A stretch of 64,000 bases of DNA from an uncultured Gammaproteobacteria bacterium (GCA_938084745.1 CALKEZ010000006.1:3007-67006), one strand, 5' to 3'; positions 51,090 to 62,593 are shown, numbered from the stretch's first letter. Notes: generated by a model from the letters alone, not told the origin. Made by a program: numbers and translations.

Positions 51090-51644
51090 ATGTCAAAAAA
51101 TCACATTACTCTGGAACAAGCTCAAAACGCACTCGATATTGCTGAGTTACTTTATAGCGGAGACGAAGTGGAATACGCCATCAATACTATGGCGGCATCA
51201 ATTACAGAACAATTGAACCATAAGAATCCGTTGCTTATGCCCGTCATGGTCGGCGGCTTGATTCTGGCAGGAAAATTAATTCCACAACTCAATTTTCCAG
51301 CACAGATCGATTACATCCATGCAACGCGTTATCGTGGTGGTCTCAATGGCAATGAATTGCATTGGATAAAAAAACCGGAAAAACCACTACAAGACAAAAC
51401 GGTTTTACTAATAGACGATATTCTTGATGAAGGCATTACGCTGGCGGCAATTATTGACTATTGTTACGAAGCGGGCGCAGATAAAGTACTGACTGCCGTC
51501 TTGGCAAAAAAAATCCTGAAACGAGATCCTCCTGTCATGAATGCTGACTTTACCGGCTTGAACGTCCCTGACCGATATGTTTTTGGATATGGGATGGATT
51601 ATCATGAGTACCATCGCAACCTGAACGGTATTTACGGCATATGA
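51090..51644 (+). CDS. hpt: hypoxanthine-guanine phosphoribosyltransferase family protein
   Basis: PRPP-binding loop VLLIDDILDEGITL and C-terminal VFGYGMDYHEYHRNLNGIYGI, which parallels E. coli Hpt. Confidence 0.8.
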   Translation: MSKNHITLEQAQNALDIAELLYSGDEVEYAINTMAASITEQLNHKNPLLMPVMVGGLILAGKLIPQLNFPAQIDYIHATRYRGGLNGNELHWIKKPEKPLQDKTVLLIDDILDEGITLAAIIDYCYEAGADKVLTAVLAKKILKRDPPVMNADFTGLNVPDRYVFGYGMDYHEYHRNLNGIYGI

Positions 51645-52381
51645 GTAAAATAGGAATCATTGGTGGCAGTGGACTGACCGAATTACCCGGCCTGGAAATT
51701 ACTGACGAGATAGAATTGGACACGCCCTGGGGGAGACCATCAGCATCAATCACTGTTGGCAAAATTAATAACACTGAAATACTGTTTCTGCCGCGTCATG
51801 GCAATCCGCACACTATTCCGCCTCACAAAGTTAACTACCGCGCTAATCTGTGGGCCTTACATAAATCAAATGTCAGTGAGATTATTGCCGTTAATGCTGT
51901 TGGTGGAATCACCACGGCAATGACACCCTGCCGTATTGTGATACCCAATCAACTAATTGATTATACTCATGGTCGTGCGGACAGTTTTCATGAGGAGGGC
52001 CTTGATGAAGTGAAACATATCGATTTTACTGATCCCTACTCTGAATCCTTGCGACAACAATTAATCCAGGCGGCAGCAGAAAAACATATCGATATTGTAC
52101 CCACCGGCACTTATGCCGTCACACAAGGACCAAGGCTGGAAACAACCGCAGAGATCAATCGCCTGGAAAAAGACGGTTGCGATATCGTTGGCATGACCAG
52201 CATGCCTGAAGCCAGTCTCGCCAGAGAATTAGACATCGAGTATGCCTGTTGTTCGCTGGTGGTTAACTGGGCGGCCGGAAAAACCGATGAAATGATTACC
52301 ATGGAAATCATCGTCAACAATCTAAAAGATGGTATGGGAAAAATACAAAATTTAATTGCCGCCGTCATGAGCAATAAATAA
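51641..52381 (+). CDS. S-methyl-5'-thioadenosine / S-methyl-5'-thioinosine phosphorylase (MTAP family)
   Basis: IGIIGGSG, FLPRHG..H.IPPHKVNYRAN and GMT..PEA motifs. The start overlaps the hpt stop (ATGA). Confidence 0.85.
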   Translation: MSKIGIIGGSGLTELPGLEITDEIELDTPWGRPSASITVGKINNTEILFLPRHGNPHTIPPHKVNYRANLWALHKSNVSEIIAVNAVGGITTAMTPCRIVIPNQLIDYTHGRADSFHEEGLDEVKHIDFTDPYSESLRQQLIQAAAEKHIDIVPTGTYAVTQGPRLETTAEINRLEKDGCDIVGMTSMPEASLARELDIEYACCSLVVNWAAGKTDEMITMEIIVNNLKDGMGKIQNLIAAVMSNK

Positions 52382-52572
52382 TGAATCAACTGGCAAATGA
52401 AATTATTTCATGTCCTTACTGCGGTGAAAGCATTGAATTACTGATTGACTGTAGTGTTCCAGAACAGGATTACATTGAGGACTGCGAGGTATGTTGTAGA
52501 CCAATCAATTTAAATATAGCCATCGACGGTAATGGCAGGCCACTTGTTCATCCCCGTCATGAGAATGAATAG
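52381..52572 (+). CDS. CPXCG-motif cysteine-rich small protein
   Basis: 63-aa ORF with CPYCGE ... CEVCCRP (a four-Cys zinc-ribbon-like arrangement). The start overlaps the upstream stop by 1 nt. Confidence 0.7.
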   Translation: MNQLANEIISCPYCGESIELLIDCSVPEQDYIEDCEVCCRPINLNIAIDGNGRPLVHPRHENE

Positions 52573-52598
52573 CTGTACTTACCCTCTCGCCTGCCACG

Positions 52599-53081
52599 AT
52601 GAAATACAAATATCTTCTTTTACTTTTTCTTCTGTTAGGTGCCTGCCAACGTGACACCTTAAACTGGGAACAACTTAACACCGAAATAAAGCAGACGTTT
52701 CCTGCTGTAGAACATATTTCTATTGATGAACTTAGTGCCAACAACAATAAAAATACATTTCTCGTTGATGTTAGAGCAGATGAAGAGTATGCCGTAAGCC
52801 ATATTCCCGGTGCATTAAATCTCACCAATCCAAAGACCATCGCCAAACTCGCTCAACAGTCGAAGAAGAATGTCGTTGTCTATTGTTCAGTCGGATATCG
52901 ATCGGCAATCATGGCAAACGAATTAAAAAAACTCGGGATTACCAATGTCAAAAACCTGGAAGGATCCATCTTTGCCTGGGCCAATGCCGGACTCCCACTC
53001 ATTAACCAGTCGGGAAACACCCGCGAAGTACATCCTTATGATGAGTATTGGGGACAATTATTAGTGACCACTGCACCATAA
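52599..53081 (+). CDS. rhodanese-domain lipoprotein
   Basis: Lipobox LLLGAC. Rhodanese active-site loop YCSVGYRS (C-X5-R). Confidence 0.85.
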   Translation: MKYKYLLLLFLLLGACQRDTLNWEQLNTEIKQTFPAVEHISIDELSANNNKNTFLVDVRADEEYAVSHIPGALNLTNPKTIAKLAQQSKKNVVVYCSVGYRSAIMANELKKLGITNVKNLEGSIFAWANAGLPLINQSGNTREVHPYDEYWGQLLVTTAP

Positions 53082-53144
53082 GCCGATATAGGACTTCCCG
53101 GCCTGTAGCATGAACTTAATCGATAGCTGCCAGCGAGAAATCTC

Positions 53145-53843
53145 CTACTGCAGGCGGCTTACCTGAAGTATCACGCCTAACATCGGATGATCAAAATAAT
53201 GGATTTCATTGAGCTTTATCTTGCGTGATTCTTTTAGTGCTATCACCGTCTTATCCGTTGCCCCTGTGAATGACTCCTCACTGCTGCGCAGGATTTTATT
53301 CTCGGCCGGGAGATCTTTGAAATAAGACAGATCAACATCAGCATGCAGATAAAAACCACTTCTAATCCTGATTGAACCATCAATGATTCTATTTGACATG
53401 ATTATTTCATCCAGAAATTCTGGTTCTGCATCGGTTATATTCGTATCAACAACGGGAATTGCCGCTTCGCCATCAAGTTTTTGCAGATGCACGAAACGTG
53501 ACTCCCGTCGTTCAGTTGCAGGTTGTTGCCAGGTCAAATGAATCAATGGTCGATATTCACTGGATAATTTTAAGACACGATAGACACCATTTAATCTCTT
53601 GCGTCTGTCATCCAATAACAGATAGGCCAGCAAACCCTCTGCAGAGGTTGAGGCTACATTGGCTGCTTGTAACTCAACCAGATTTTTTCTAGGCGTGAAT
53701 ACTTCATTTTGCCATTGCTCTCCGTCAAGATTGGGATAAAGCCTGTCAAAAACGATCACTTCAACCTGATACCAGGATTCCGCCTGAACGCTATAGGAGA
53801 AAAGCAGAACAAAAAGTACAAAATAGAATTTGATTAATTTCAT
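53145..53843 (-). CDS. CsiV-family (DUF2803) periplasmic protein
   Basis: A signal peptide followed by ESWYQVEVIVFDR, which is typical of CsiV. Located directly downstream of mfd. Confidence 0.6.
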   Translation of the reverse strand: MKLIKFYFVLFVLLFSYSVQAESWYQVEVIVFDRLYPNLDGEQWQNEVFTPRKNLVELQAANVASTSAEGLLAYLLLDDRRKRLNGVYRVLKLSSEYRPLIHLTWQQPATERRESRFVHLQKLDGEAAIPVVDTNITDAEPEFLDEIIMSNRIIDGSIRIRSGFYLHADVDLSYFKDLPAENKILRSSEESFTGATDKTVIALKESRKIKLNEIHYFDHPMLGVILQVSRLQ

Positions 53844-53850
53844 AGTCGTA

Positions 53851-56800
53851 TTATGCCGCGATCTTCAAACCAATTTCATTAAAAAGATATTCCAGTATCT
53901 CCAGACGTGATTCAGCATCGGGCAATTCCTTGCTTATTCTTAACTTATCCTGTCCATCAAGTTTATAACTGAGGGGATCTGACTGAATGAGATGAATGAT
54001 ACGGCCGGGATCAATATTAGCCTTGGGTTGAAAGAATATACGTCCACCTTTGGGTCCCAGATCAATCTTACGAATACCTAATGGCTTTGCTAATTGCTTC
54101 AGATTATTAATCTCAAACAGATTTTTTACTGCGTCAGGCAATAGACCGAAACGGTCAATCATTTCTTCCTTTAACTCATTTAATTCTGAATTCGATTTTG
54201 CACTCGCGAGCCGTTTATACATTATCAAACGCATATGCACATCCGGTAAAAAGTCTTCCGGAATCAATGCCGGTATATGTAAATCAATCTCTGCACCATG
54301 ATCAAGTGGCCGATCCAGTTCAGGATGTTTACCTTCTTTCATAGCCTGTACTGCCCGGTCGAGTAATTCCATATAGAGGCCAAAACCGATTTCCTGTATG
54401 TGACCACTTTGTCCTTCACCCAGGATTTCACCCGCACCCCTTATTTCAAGATCATGTGTTGCGAGTGTAAAACCAATACCGAGCTCTTCCAGAGCTTCAA
54501 TGGCTTCCAGCCGTTTTACCGCATCAGCAGTCATTGCTTTACGTGGTGGCACGATTAAATAAGCATAAGCTCGATGGTGTGATCGCCCTACCCGTCCGCG
54601 TAATTGATAGAGCTGTGCCAAACCAAACTTATCGGCACGCTCAATAATAATGGTGTTGGCCGTGGGCACATCAATACCGGTTTCAATAATGGTGGTACAA
54701 ACCAGCACATTAAAGCGACGATGATAAAAATCGAGCATGATCGATTCAAGTTGCTTTTCAGGCATTTGACCATGTGCAAATTCAACCCGCGCTTCGGGTA
54801 ACAGTTTTTCGATTTCAGCCGCGGCTTTTTCTATTGTTTTGACTTCATTATGCAAATAGAAAACCTGACCACCTCGTTTTATCTCGCGCAACATGGCTTC
54901 TTTCAATAGCACATCGTTGCGTTCCCGCACAAACGTCTTTACTGCCAACCGACGTGACGGTGGTGTCGCGATAATGGAAAGCTCGCGTAAATCCGACAGG
55001 GCCATATTCAATGTTCTTGGTATAGGTGTGGCCGTCAACGTTAAGACGTCTATTTCTGCACGTAAGGATTTAAATTTTTCTTTCTGGCGCACACCAAAAC
55101 GATGTTCTTCATCAATAATGATTAAACCCAGGTTTTTAAAGTTGATGTCGTTTTGTAATAACTTGTGCGTACCTATCACAATATCAGCCTTGCCATCAGC
55201 CATAGCCGCTAGAGCAATGTCCTGTTCTTTTTTTGATCTAAAGCGGGACAACAATTCTATCCGCACTGGCCAATCGGAAAATCGATCAAGAAAATTCTGA
55301 TAATGCTGTTGTGCCAGTAAGGTCGTCGGTACCAGTAAGGCGACCTGCTTGCCATTCTGAACAGCAATAAATGCAGCGCGCATCGCCACCTCGGTCTTAC
55401 CAAAACCGGCGTCACCGCAGACCAGACGATCCATGGGTTTATCATTGCGCATATCGGCAATCATGGCCTGAATAGCTTCATGCTGACCGGGCGTTTCTTC
55501 AAAGGCGAACTTTTGCGTAAATGCATAATAGGCATCCTGATCAAACTCATAGGACTGACCTTGTCTTGCCGCACGGCGTGCGTGTAACTCCAGTAATTCC
55601 GCCGCAACGTCATAGACTTTCTCGGCTGCTTTACGCCGCGCTTTTTGCCATTGCCCACTACCCAGCTTATGTAAAGGAGCGTGTTCCGGATCGACGCCGG
55701 TGTATCGCGAAATTAAATCCAGTGCCGCAACAGGCACATACAGCTTATCGCCATCGGCATATTCCAGATGAATGAATTCGCCGGGAATTCCACCCGCTTC
55801 TATCGTAATCAGACCGCAATATCGACCAACGCCATGATCTTCATGCACCACTGGCGCACCGACACGTAATTCAGTCAGGTTACGAACAACGGCCTCTGCG
55901 TCTTGTTGTTTACGTTTACGCAAACGGCGTTGCATTACCCGCTCACCAAATAATTGCGATTCGGTAATAATCGCAATATTGGGTTCATGCATGATCAACC
56001 CGTTTTCAATCGGCATGATGGCGATACCAAAATCCACATCGCCAGCTAAAAAGCTGTGCCAGTTTTTCACCTTGGCTGGCAAACCGCTTTGTTTAAACAA
56101 CTCCATGATGGTTTCGCGACGACCCTGAGTTTCTGCCGCGATCAAGACACGACCATCAAATTCTTTCAAAAAACGTTTCACCAATGACAGCGGATCTTTA
56201 GCACGTGCATCGATAGACATGTTCGTTGGTAGATCCGAGTCATACTCAATTACGTCGGCAGTCGAATCTGTTGAAAGCTTTGCGATATGAACCTGCTGAT
56301 AGGGTTTTAAGGCAGTATAAAGATCGTTTGTATTAAGAAAAATATCGCGCGGCGGCAAAATGGGTCTTTCCACGTCGTAACGTTCCTGCTCGTAACGTGA
56401 CTCAATATCCTCCCAAAATAAGTCCGCTGCTTCTTTAACGCCTTCATCGAGTACCAGAATCGAACCATCTTGAATATAATCAAACAGGTTACTGGTTTCT
56501 TCATAAAATAAAGGCAGGTAATATTCAATTCCAGCTGGTGCGAGCGATTGACTCACATCACGATAAATCGGGCATTGTCCTGGATTACCTTCAAATCTTG
56601 CGCGCCAACTTGCGCGAAAACGTGCGATGCCTTCATCGACCAGCGCGACTTCACGCGCCGGCAAAACACGGATTGATTCAACTTTTTCGATAGAGCGTTG
56701 TGTATCTATATCGAATGTGCGAATGCTGTCGACTTCATCATCAAATAAATCTATCCGATAAGGATTAGTTGCGCCCATTGGAAAAATATCAAGCAAAGAG

Positions 56801-57324
56801 CCTCTTTTTGATACTTCACCGTGTTCCGTCACCTGCTCAACAAAACGATAACCTTGTTGGTTGAGTTGCTTTCTAAACTCATCCAGTTTAATCGATTGCC
56901 CGATATCTAAAACCAGACTGTTTGCCACCAGATAATCATTGGGCAACAAACGGTGCATGACGGTAGTGATGGGAACAACCAGTATCCCCTGTTTCATATC
57001 CGGCAAATTAAACAGGGTTTGCAAGCGCTCAGAAATAATATCCTGATACGGTGAAAATAGATCGTAAGGCAAGGTTTCCCAATCAGGAAACGTAAGCACC
57101 GGGGTTGAATTATCGTCGTTGAGATAAACACGCAGTTCATTAATCAGGTTCACCGCACTGATCGTGTCGGGCGTAAGTACGATAATCGGTTTTTGTGTTT
57201 GCATTGCCATGTTGGCAATAGCAAGCGATCGGGCGCTACCGTATAAACGAGACCAATTTACTCGTGCATGGTCTTGCGCGGGCAGTTTCGGGGACAATAC
57301 ATTTTGTCGTATAGACACTGACAT
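53851..57324 (-). CDS. mfd: transcription-repair coupling factor
   Basis: 1157-aa ORF with a UvrB-homology N-terminus, CarD-like domain, DEAD/DEAH helicase motifs (GDAGFGKTEVA, DEEHRFG) and a TRG motif. Confidence 0.95.
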   Translation of the reverse strand: MSVSIRQNVLSPKLPAQDHARVNWSRLYGSARSLAIANMAMQTQKPIIVLTPDTISAVNLINELRVYLNDDNSTPVLTFPDWETLPYDLFSPYQDIISERLQTLFNLPDMKQGILVVPITTVMHRLLPNDYLVANSLVLDIGQSIKLDEFRKQLNQQGYRFVEQVTEHGEVSKRGSLLDIFPMGATNPYRIDLFDDEVDSIRTFDIDTQRSIEKVESIRVLPAREVALVDEGIARFRASWRARFEGNPGQCPIYRDVSQSLAPAGIEYYLPLFYEETSNLFDYIQDGSILVLDEGVKEAADLFWEDIESRYEQERYDVERPILPPRDIFLNTNDLYTALKPYQQVHIAKLSTDSTADVIEYDSDLPTNMSIDARAKDPLSLVKRFLKEFDGRVLIAAETQGRRETIMELFKQSGLPAKVKNWHSFLAGDVDFGIAIMPIENGLIMHEPNIAIITESQLFGERVMQRRLRKRKQQDAEAVVRNLTELRVGAPVVHEDHGVGRYCGLITIEAGGIPGEFIHLEYADGDKLYVPVAALDLISRYTGVDPEHAPLHKLGSGQWQKARRKAAEKVYDVAAELLELHARRAARQGQSYEFDQDAYYAFTQKFAFEETPGQHEAIQAMIADMRNDKPMDRLVCGDAGFGKTEVAMRAAFIAVQNGKQVALLVPTTLLAQQHYQNFLDRFSDWPVRIELLSRFRSKKEQDIALAAMADGKADIVIGTHKLLQNDINFKNLGLIIIDEEHRFGVRQKEKFKSLRAEIDVLTLTATPIPRTLNMALSDLRELSIIATPPSRRLAVKTFVRERNDVLLKEAMLREIKRGGQVFYLHNEVKTIEKAAAEIEKLLPEARVEFAHGQMPEKQLESIMLDFYHRRFNVLVCTTIIETGIDVPTANTIIIERADKFGLAQLYQLRGRVGRSHHRAYAYLIVPPRKAMTADAVKRLEAIEALEELGIGFTLATHDLEIRGAGEILGEGQSGHIQEIGFGLYMELLDRAVQAMKEGKHPELDRPLDHGAEIDLHIPALIPEDFLPDVHMRLIMYKRLASAKSNSELNELKEEMIDRFGLLPDAVKNLFEINNLKQLAKPLGIRKIDLGPKGGRIFFQPKANIDPGRIIHLIQSDPLSYKLDGQDKLRISKELPDAESRLEILEYLFNEIGLKIAA

Positions 57325-57336
57325 TAAACTGAAAGG

Positions 57337-58038
57337 TTAGATAACTGAATTTATCTCAGCATTAATTGCATTCAAAGCGGCAAGCGGATCAGCAGCTTTT
57401 GTAATTGGCCGACCAATCACGAGATAATGACTACCGGCGTTGATTGCTTCTGCGGGCGTCATAATACGTTTTTGATCATCATTGCTTGAACCTGCGGGAC
57501 GAATACCCGGTGTTACCAGGCAAAACGATTTGCCTAATTCAATGCTTAACTGATTAGCTTCTTTTGCTGAACAAACGACTCCATCCAGCCCGCATGATTT
57601 TGCCAGCCGGGCTAAAAGTAAGACCTGTTCTGCAACTGAATTCATGATCGCCAGTTCACGTATGTCTTCATCGGACATACTGGTCAATACAGTGACGGCA
57701 ATGAGTAATGGTTTATTTGGTGTTTTGTCCAATGCTTCTCCGGCTGCCTCTAACATGGCTCGACCACCAGAGGCATGCACATTGACCATCCAGACACCCA
57801 AATCGGCAGCTGCTCGACAAGCGCTGGCCACTGTATTTGGTATATCGTGATATTTTAAGTCGAGAAATATTTCAAAGTTGGAACTCACGAGCTTTTCAAC
57901 GAGCCCCGGGCCTGCTCGGGTAAATAATTCTTTACCAATTTTAAGCTTACAATTTTCCGGGTCCAGTTTTCGGGTAAGATCCAGTGCCTGTTTTGCATCG
58001 GAAAAATCCAGTGAAACGACAACGCGACTGCTATTCAC
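57337..58038 (-). CDS. pyrF: orotidine-5'-phosphate decarboxylase
   Basis: VVVSLDF, KIGKELF and [11 protein letters not shown] motifs. The ORF is open to 58122, but that extension overlaps lapB by 92 nt. The GTG at 58036-58038 gives ~233 aa with a normal N-terminus and overlaps the lapB stop (GTGAATAG). Confidence 0.9.
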   Translation of the reverse strand: MNSSRVVVSLDFSDAKQALDLTRKLDPENCKLKIGKELFTRAGPGLVEKLVSSNFEIFLDLKYHDIPNTVASACRAAADLGVWMVNVHASGGRAMLEAAGEALDKTPNKPLLIAVTVLTSMSDEDIRELAIMNSVAEQVLLLARLAKSCGLDGVVCSAKEANQLSIELGKSFCLVTPGIRPAGSSNDDQKRIMTPAEAINAGSHYLVIGRPITKAADPLAALNAINAEINSVI

Positions 58039-59206
58039 CGGCCACCCCAAAAACGGGTTTGACAGTATCCCAATGCTTGCAACCGGGACATTGCCAATGC
58101 AACTGTTTAGCATCAAAGCCACAACTATTGCACTTATACATTGCGCGACCCTCTATGAGCTGGGCGGTTAAATCCTTAATCGTTTTCAGGTGATCATACG
58201 TTTCACCTTCAGATTTGGATAAGGCATATTCGATCAAACGATCCACGCCTTTAACGGTAGGTCGTGTTTTCAACTCATCGGAAATAAAACGAATCGCGGC
58301 ATTTTCACCTTCACGTTCGGCAATCAGTTCCGTTAACATCAAGAGCGAGCTAATGCCGCCATAAATATTAACCAGCATCCTTAGGTATTCGACAAACTCA
58401 TCGACACGATCCAGTTTTCGATAACATTCAAACAGGGGTCCAATAATTTCAGTAATGTAATCACTGTCCTGTGACTCAACCCTCTTATAGGATTTAATCG
58501 CCAGTTTCTCTTTTCCGGTTTGTTTGAACATTCTCGCTTCAATTAAACTCGCACGGACACAATCAGGATTAAAACTAATGGCTCGGCGTATATTGTCTTT
58601 TACGACCCGAATATTACCTTCGTTTAAAGCTGACTCAGCTCGCTCACAATAAAACTGTGCAATAACCGGGTTCAATGAATTACCGGAAATAAGTTCAAGC
58701 TTTCTGGCTATGGCAATGGCATTTTCCCAGTCTTTTTCCTGCTGGTATATTTCCAGCAGTTCAGTGTAGGCCTGATTGAGATGTAAATCAGAGTTTACCA
58801 ATTCAAGAAATAAACCTTCAGCACGATCCAGCAAACCCGAGCGCATATAATCCATACCCAGTTCCAGTAAGGCGTGCGCACGTTGTTCTCTGTTTAAAGT
58901 AGGTCGTGCAATCAAATTTTGGTGAATTCGTATCGCGCGATCAACTTCGCCACGCCGGCGAAATAAATTACCAAGTGCGAGATGCGTTTCTACCGTTTCA
59001 CTATCGACTTCAAGCATCCGGATAAAAACTTCAATTGCTTTATCAGGCTGTTCGTTTAAGACGAAATTCAGACCTTTGAAATATTCAGGATTGATAGAAC
59101 TTGAAGAATGATTTTTTTTCGATTGACTGGCACGCCAACCTATCCACCAACCGCTAAAAGCAGCAACGGGTAATAACAACCAAAGCGTATAGATTTCACC
59201 TTGCAT
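58031..59206 (-). CDS. lapB: lipopolysaccharide assembly protein LapB (YciM)
   Basis: N-terminal TM segment, TPR repeats, and a C-terminal rubredoxin-like CNSCGF...CPGCKHW. Confidence 0.9.
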   Translation of the reverse strand: MQGEIYTLWLLLPVAAFSGWWIGWRASQSKKNHSSSSINPEYFKGLNFVLNEQPDKAIEVFIRMLEVDSETVETHLALGNLFRRRGEVDRAIRIHQNLIARPTLNREQRAHALLELGMDYMRSGLLDRAEGLFLELVNSDLHLNQAYTELLEIYQQEKDWENAIAIARKLELISGNSLNPVIAQFYCERAESALNEGNIRVVKDNIRRAISFNPDCVRASLIEARMFKQTGKEKLAIKSYKRVESQDSDYITEIIGPLFECYRKLDRVDEFVEYLRMLVNIYGGISSLLMLTELIAEREGENAAIRFISDELKTRPTVKGVDRLIEYALSKSEGETYDHLKTIKDLTAQLIEGRAMYKCNSCGFDAKQLHWQCPGCKHWDTVKPVFGVAGE

Positions 59207-59214
59207 TATTACTA

Positions 59215-59502
59215 CTAGTCCCTCACTGGCATAACACGAAGGTTGTTAATCTCTTTTTCGCTATTTCTAATCTGTCTTTCAAGCTTTGACTTATCTCGCT
59301 TTAATTTAATGATAATCGGTAAACTGGCAAGGACGCCGAGCATGGAACCGATAAACAAAACCAGCACAACTAACCACGATAGTGGCAGATTAATTACACC
59401 GATATAATAATTCAGTTCGATTAGTTGATTGTTTTTCAGGTGAAAGGCGAGACCAATCAACAAAATAACAAACACCAGAATCAATTTGGCAATACGGGAC
59501 AT
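59215..59502 (-). CDS. lapA: lipopolysaccharide assembly protein LapA (YciS)
   Basis: 95-aa ORF with two TM segments and a C-terminal coiled basic tail. Located directly upstream of lapB. Confidence 0.75.
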   Translation of the reverse strand: MSRIAKLILVFVILLIGLAFHLKNNQLIELNYYIGVINLPLSWLVVLVLFIGSMLGVLASLPIIIKLKRDKSKLERQIRNSEKEINNLRVMPVRD

Positions 59503-59728
59503 GTCATCTCCATTGTTATATCTAAATCAAACTCATAGGCAACAGACTATGAAAATAGTTATAGCACGCAATCAGATTATCAATTAGTTACCAGGAAAAG
59601 TATTTAATTTTCTGACACTTGATTTCAATGGAATTGGCCAGTAATTCACAATAGACAGCATGTGATGTCTCACCAGGATAACAGCAGGAGTTTAAAAACG
59701 ATTGAACTATTTCAGCTAACAGGAACGA

Positions 59729-60028
59729 TTAGTCTGTAATGGGACTATGGCAGTTATTAACCCGTTCACGCATCTGCTTACCTGGTTTGAAATGCGGGAC
59801 ATGCTTGGCTGGTAATGAAACAGGTTCACCAGACTTTGGATTACGTCCGACCCTTGGTGGGCGATAATGAAGTGAGAAACTACCAAACCCACGTATCTCG
59901 ATACGCTCTCCATTGGAGAGCGTACCAGACATGTGTTCAAGTATCGTTTTAACCGCCAACTCAACGTCTTTGTAAGCGAGTTGAGATTGTCGTCTTGCCA
60001 GTATTTCGATAAGTTCAGATTTTGTCAT
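59729..60028 (-). CDS. ihfB: integration host factor subunit beta
   Basis: MTKSELIE...[26 protein letters not shown]. Confidence 0.95.
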   Translation of the reverse strand: MTKSELIEILARRQSQLAYKDVELAVKTILEHMSGTLSNGERIEIRGFGSFSLHYRPPRVGRNPKSGEPVSLPAKHVPHFKPGKQMRERVNNCHSPITD

Positions 60029-60135
60029 GCTTGTAATCTCGGTTAATGTGTTAAGAACACTCGTTCAAACACGTCCAAGCCATTGTTATTATTCCTAAAT
60101 CCTATCAGAAGATGGGCAATTTGTAACAGCAATTT

Positions 60136-61806
60136 TTAATTATTGTCCAAATGTTCCTTCAAAAGGTCGCCTAATTTAGCTCCGCCGCCACTTTCAGGAG
60201 CATAATCCTTGACCGTTGCCTGCTCATCATCAGATTCTTTTGCCTTGATAGAGAGGTTAATTGAACGTTTTTTACGGTCAATTGCCGTTATCTTGACTTC
60301 CAGTTCTTCCCCTTCCTTGATAACAGCGCGGGCATCATCAACGTCTTTTTCCAAGGAAATTTCGCTCGCTTTTAAAGTCCCTTCAACACCATCACCCAAA
60401 GCGATGGTAACGAATTTCTGGTCAACATTCTGCGCAATACCCTTAACAATTGTGCCTTTTGGATTTTCTGCCACAAAATTTGTGAACGGATCTTTTTCCA
60501 GCTGTTTAACACCTAACGAGATTCGTTCTCGCTCCGCGTCAACCGCAAGTACGACAGTTTCCACTTCTTCGCCCTTACTGAAACCACGAATTGATTCGTC
60601 TGCATTTTCAGCCCATGACACATCAGATAAGTGGACTAATCCATCAATACCGCCTTCAAGTCCGATAAAGATACCAAAATCTGTAATCGACTTGATGACA
60701 CCGACAACACGGTCACCTTTATTGTGTGTTGCGGCAAATTGTTCCCATGGATTTGACTGACATTGTTTCATGCCCAGCGAAATACGACGACGTTCCTGAT
60801 CGATATCCAGAATAATAACGTCACATTCCTGACCTATATGAACCAATTTTGACGGATGCACATTCTTGTTGGTCCAATCCATTTCCGAAACGTGTACCAG
60901 GCCTTCAACACCTTCTTCTAATTCCACAAAACAACCGTAATCTGCCAGATTGGTAACTTTACCGTGCAGACGTGCGCCTTCAGGATAACGACGGGTCAGG
61001 TCTAACCATGGATCTTCACCCATTTGTTTCAGACCGAGCGATACACGGTTTTTCTCGCGATCATATTTTAATACCTTGACTTCAATTTCATCGCCAATAT
61101 TCACAATTTCGCTTGGATTTTTCACACGTTTCCAGGCCATATCGGTAATATGCAATAGACCATCGATGCCGCCTAAATCAAGGAATGCGCCGTAATCGGT
61201 AAGATTTTTAACCACACCTTTAACCAAAGCACCTTCTTTCAAGGACTCTAGTAATGCATCACGTTCGACACTGCTTTCATTCTCGACCACAGCACGACGC
61301 GAAACAACGACATTATTTCGTTTTTGATCAATTTTGATAACTTTAAATTCGAGTGGCTTGCCTTCCAGATAGGAGGTATCGCGTACTGGTCGAACGTCGA
61401 CTAATGAACCGGGTAAGAAGGCACGGACCTTGTCTACATCGACTGTAAAACCACCTTTAACACGTTCAGTAATGACACCAATAATAGTTGCATTATCTTC
61501 ATGAGCCTTTTCAAGAACAGTCCAGGCAATTTTGCGTTTTGCTTTTTCACGAGAGAGATGGGTAACACCATACCCATCTTCAATAGAATCAAGGGCTACA
61601 TCAACTGCGTCGCCAACGGCTACTTCAAGCTGACCATGCTCGTCATAAAACTGATCTATTGGGATAATTCCTTCGGACTTGAGACCCGCATTGACAATGA
61701 CATTGTCAGAGGTAATATCGACGACATTGGCGCTGATGATAGCACCGGAGGTCATTTTATGTTCTATTTGGCTTTCTTCAAATAATTCTGCAAAACTCTC
61801 GCTCAT
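60136..61806 (-). CDS. rpsA: 30S ribosomal protein S1
   Basis: 556-aa ORF with six S1 repeats and the [12 protein letters not shown] opening. Confidence 0.97.
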   Translation of the reverse strand: MSESFAELFEESQIEHKMTSGAIISANVVDITSDNVIVNAGLKSEGIIPIDQFYDEHGQLEVAVGDAVDVALDSIEDGYGVTHLSREKAKRKIAWTVLEKAHEDNATIIGVITERVKGGFTVDVDKVRAFLPGSLVDVRPVRDTSYLEGKPLEFKVIKIDQKRNNVVVSRRAVVENESSVERDALLESLKEGALVKGVVKNLTDYGAFLDLGGIDGLLHITDMAWKRVKNPSEIVNIGDEIEVKVLKYDREKNRVSLGLKQMGEDPWLDLTRRYPEGARLHGKVTNLADYGCFVELEEGVEGLVHVSEMDWTNKNVHPSKLVHIGQECDVIILDIDQERRRISLGMKQCQSNPWEQFAATHNKGDRVVGVIKSITDFGIFIGLEGGIDGLVHLSDVSWAENADESIRGFSKGEEVETVVLAVDAERERISLGVKQLEKDPFTNFVAENPKGTIVKGIAQNVDQKFVTIALGDGVEGTLKASEISLEKDVDDARAVIKEGEELEVKITAIDRKKRSINLSIKAKESDDEQATVKDYAPESGGGAKLGDLLKEHLDNN

Positions 61807-61900
61807 GAAAGGTGATTCCTGAACCCTGCTTAAAACTACGACAGGACTATGTATGTTAAGTTAATCTTTGGTTAAATACTCATGGCGAGCATTTAACCGC

Positions 61901-62593
61901 CTATTTCGGCAAACCCGGGACCTTGTGACGGACTAATTCCGAGATATTTGCCAGAACTGCGTCGATATCAAGCAAACTGGTATCGATCACAATTGCATCT
62001 TCTGCAGGTTTCAATGGCGAAATGGCACGTGTGCTATCACGTTCATCGCGCTCAGCTATAGCTGCTGAAAGGTCGCGGAGATTAGCACTAATCCCCTTTT
62101 CCTTCAACTGTTTGTAGCGTCTTTTCGCCCTTTCTTCAGCACTTGCCGTTAAATATATTTTCAGGGTTGCTTCCGGGAAAACCACTGTCCCCATATCACG
62201 GCCGTCGGCAATCAATCCTGGTGCCTGATGAAACGCTCTTTGTCTGGCTAATAAAGCCTGGCGCACACTGGCAATCGGTGCTATAAGTGAAGCCGCATTA
62301 CCACAGGTTTCAGTACGAATTTGATCGGTAACAACTTGACCATCCAACACTACTTCGACCAGTGAACCAGCTTCGGCAACCTTAAACTCAACATTCAAAT
62401 CTCCTGCCAATCGCCCCAATGCCACCTCGTCATCATTGGCGATATGGTGTTTCTCGGCAGCCAGCGCCAGCACCCGGTACAGTGCCCCACTATCAAGGAA
62501 ATGCCAATGTAACCAATCGGCAAGATAACTGCAGATCGTCCCTTTTCCGGTACCACTTGGGCCATCAACTGTAATGACCGGAATATCAGACAT
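61901..62593 (-). CDS. cmk: (d)CMP kinase
   Basis: ITVDGPSGTGKGT P-loop. Its start overlaps the end of aroA by 8 nt. Confidence 0.95.
   Translation of the reverse strand: MSDIPVITVDGPSGTGKGTICSYLADWLHWHFLDSGALYRVLALAAEKHHIANDDEVALGRLAGDLNVEFKVAEAGSLVEVVLDGQVVTDQIRTETCGNAASLIAPIASVRQALLARQRAFHQAPGLIADGRDMGTVVFPEATLKIYLTASAEERAKRRYKQLKEKGISANLRDLSAAIAERDERDSTRAISPLKPAEDAIVIDTSLLDIDAVLANISELVRHKVPGLPK

Noticed and set aside
60209-60760. 183-aa + strand ORF inside rpsA
   Set aside because: It is a Ser/Thr/Ala-rich low-complexity translation antisense to the highly conserved S1 gene. This is a typical shadow ORF.
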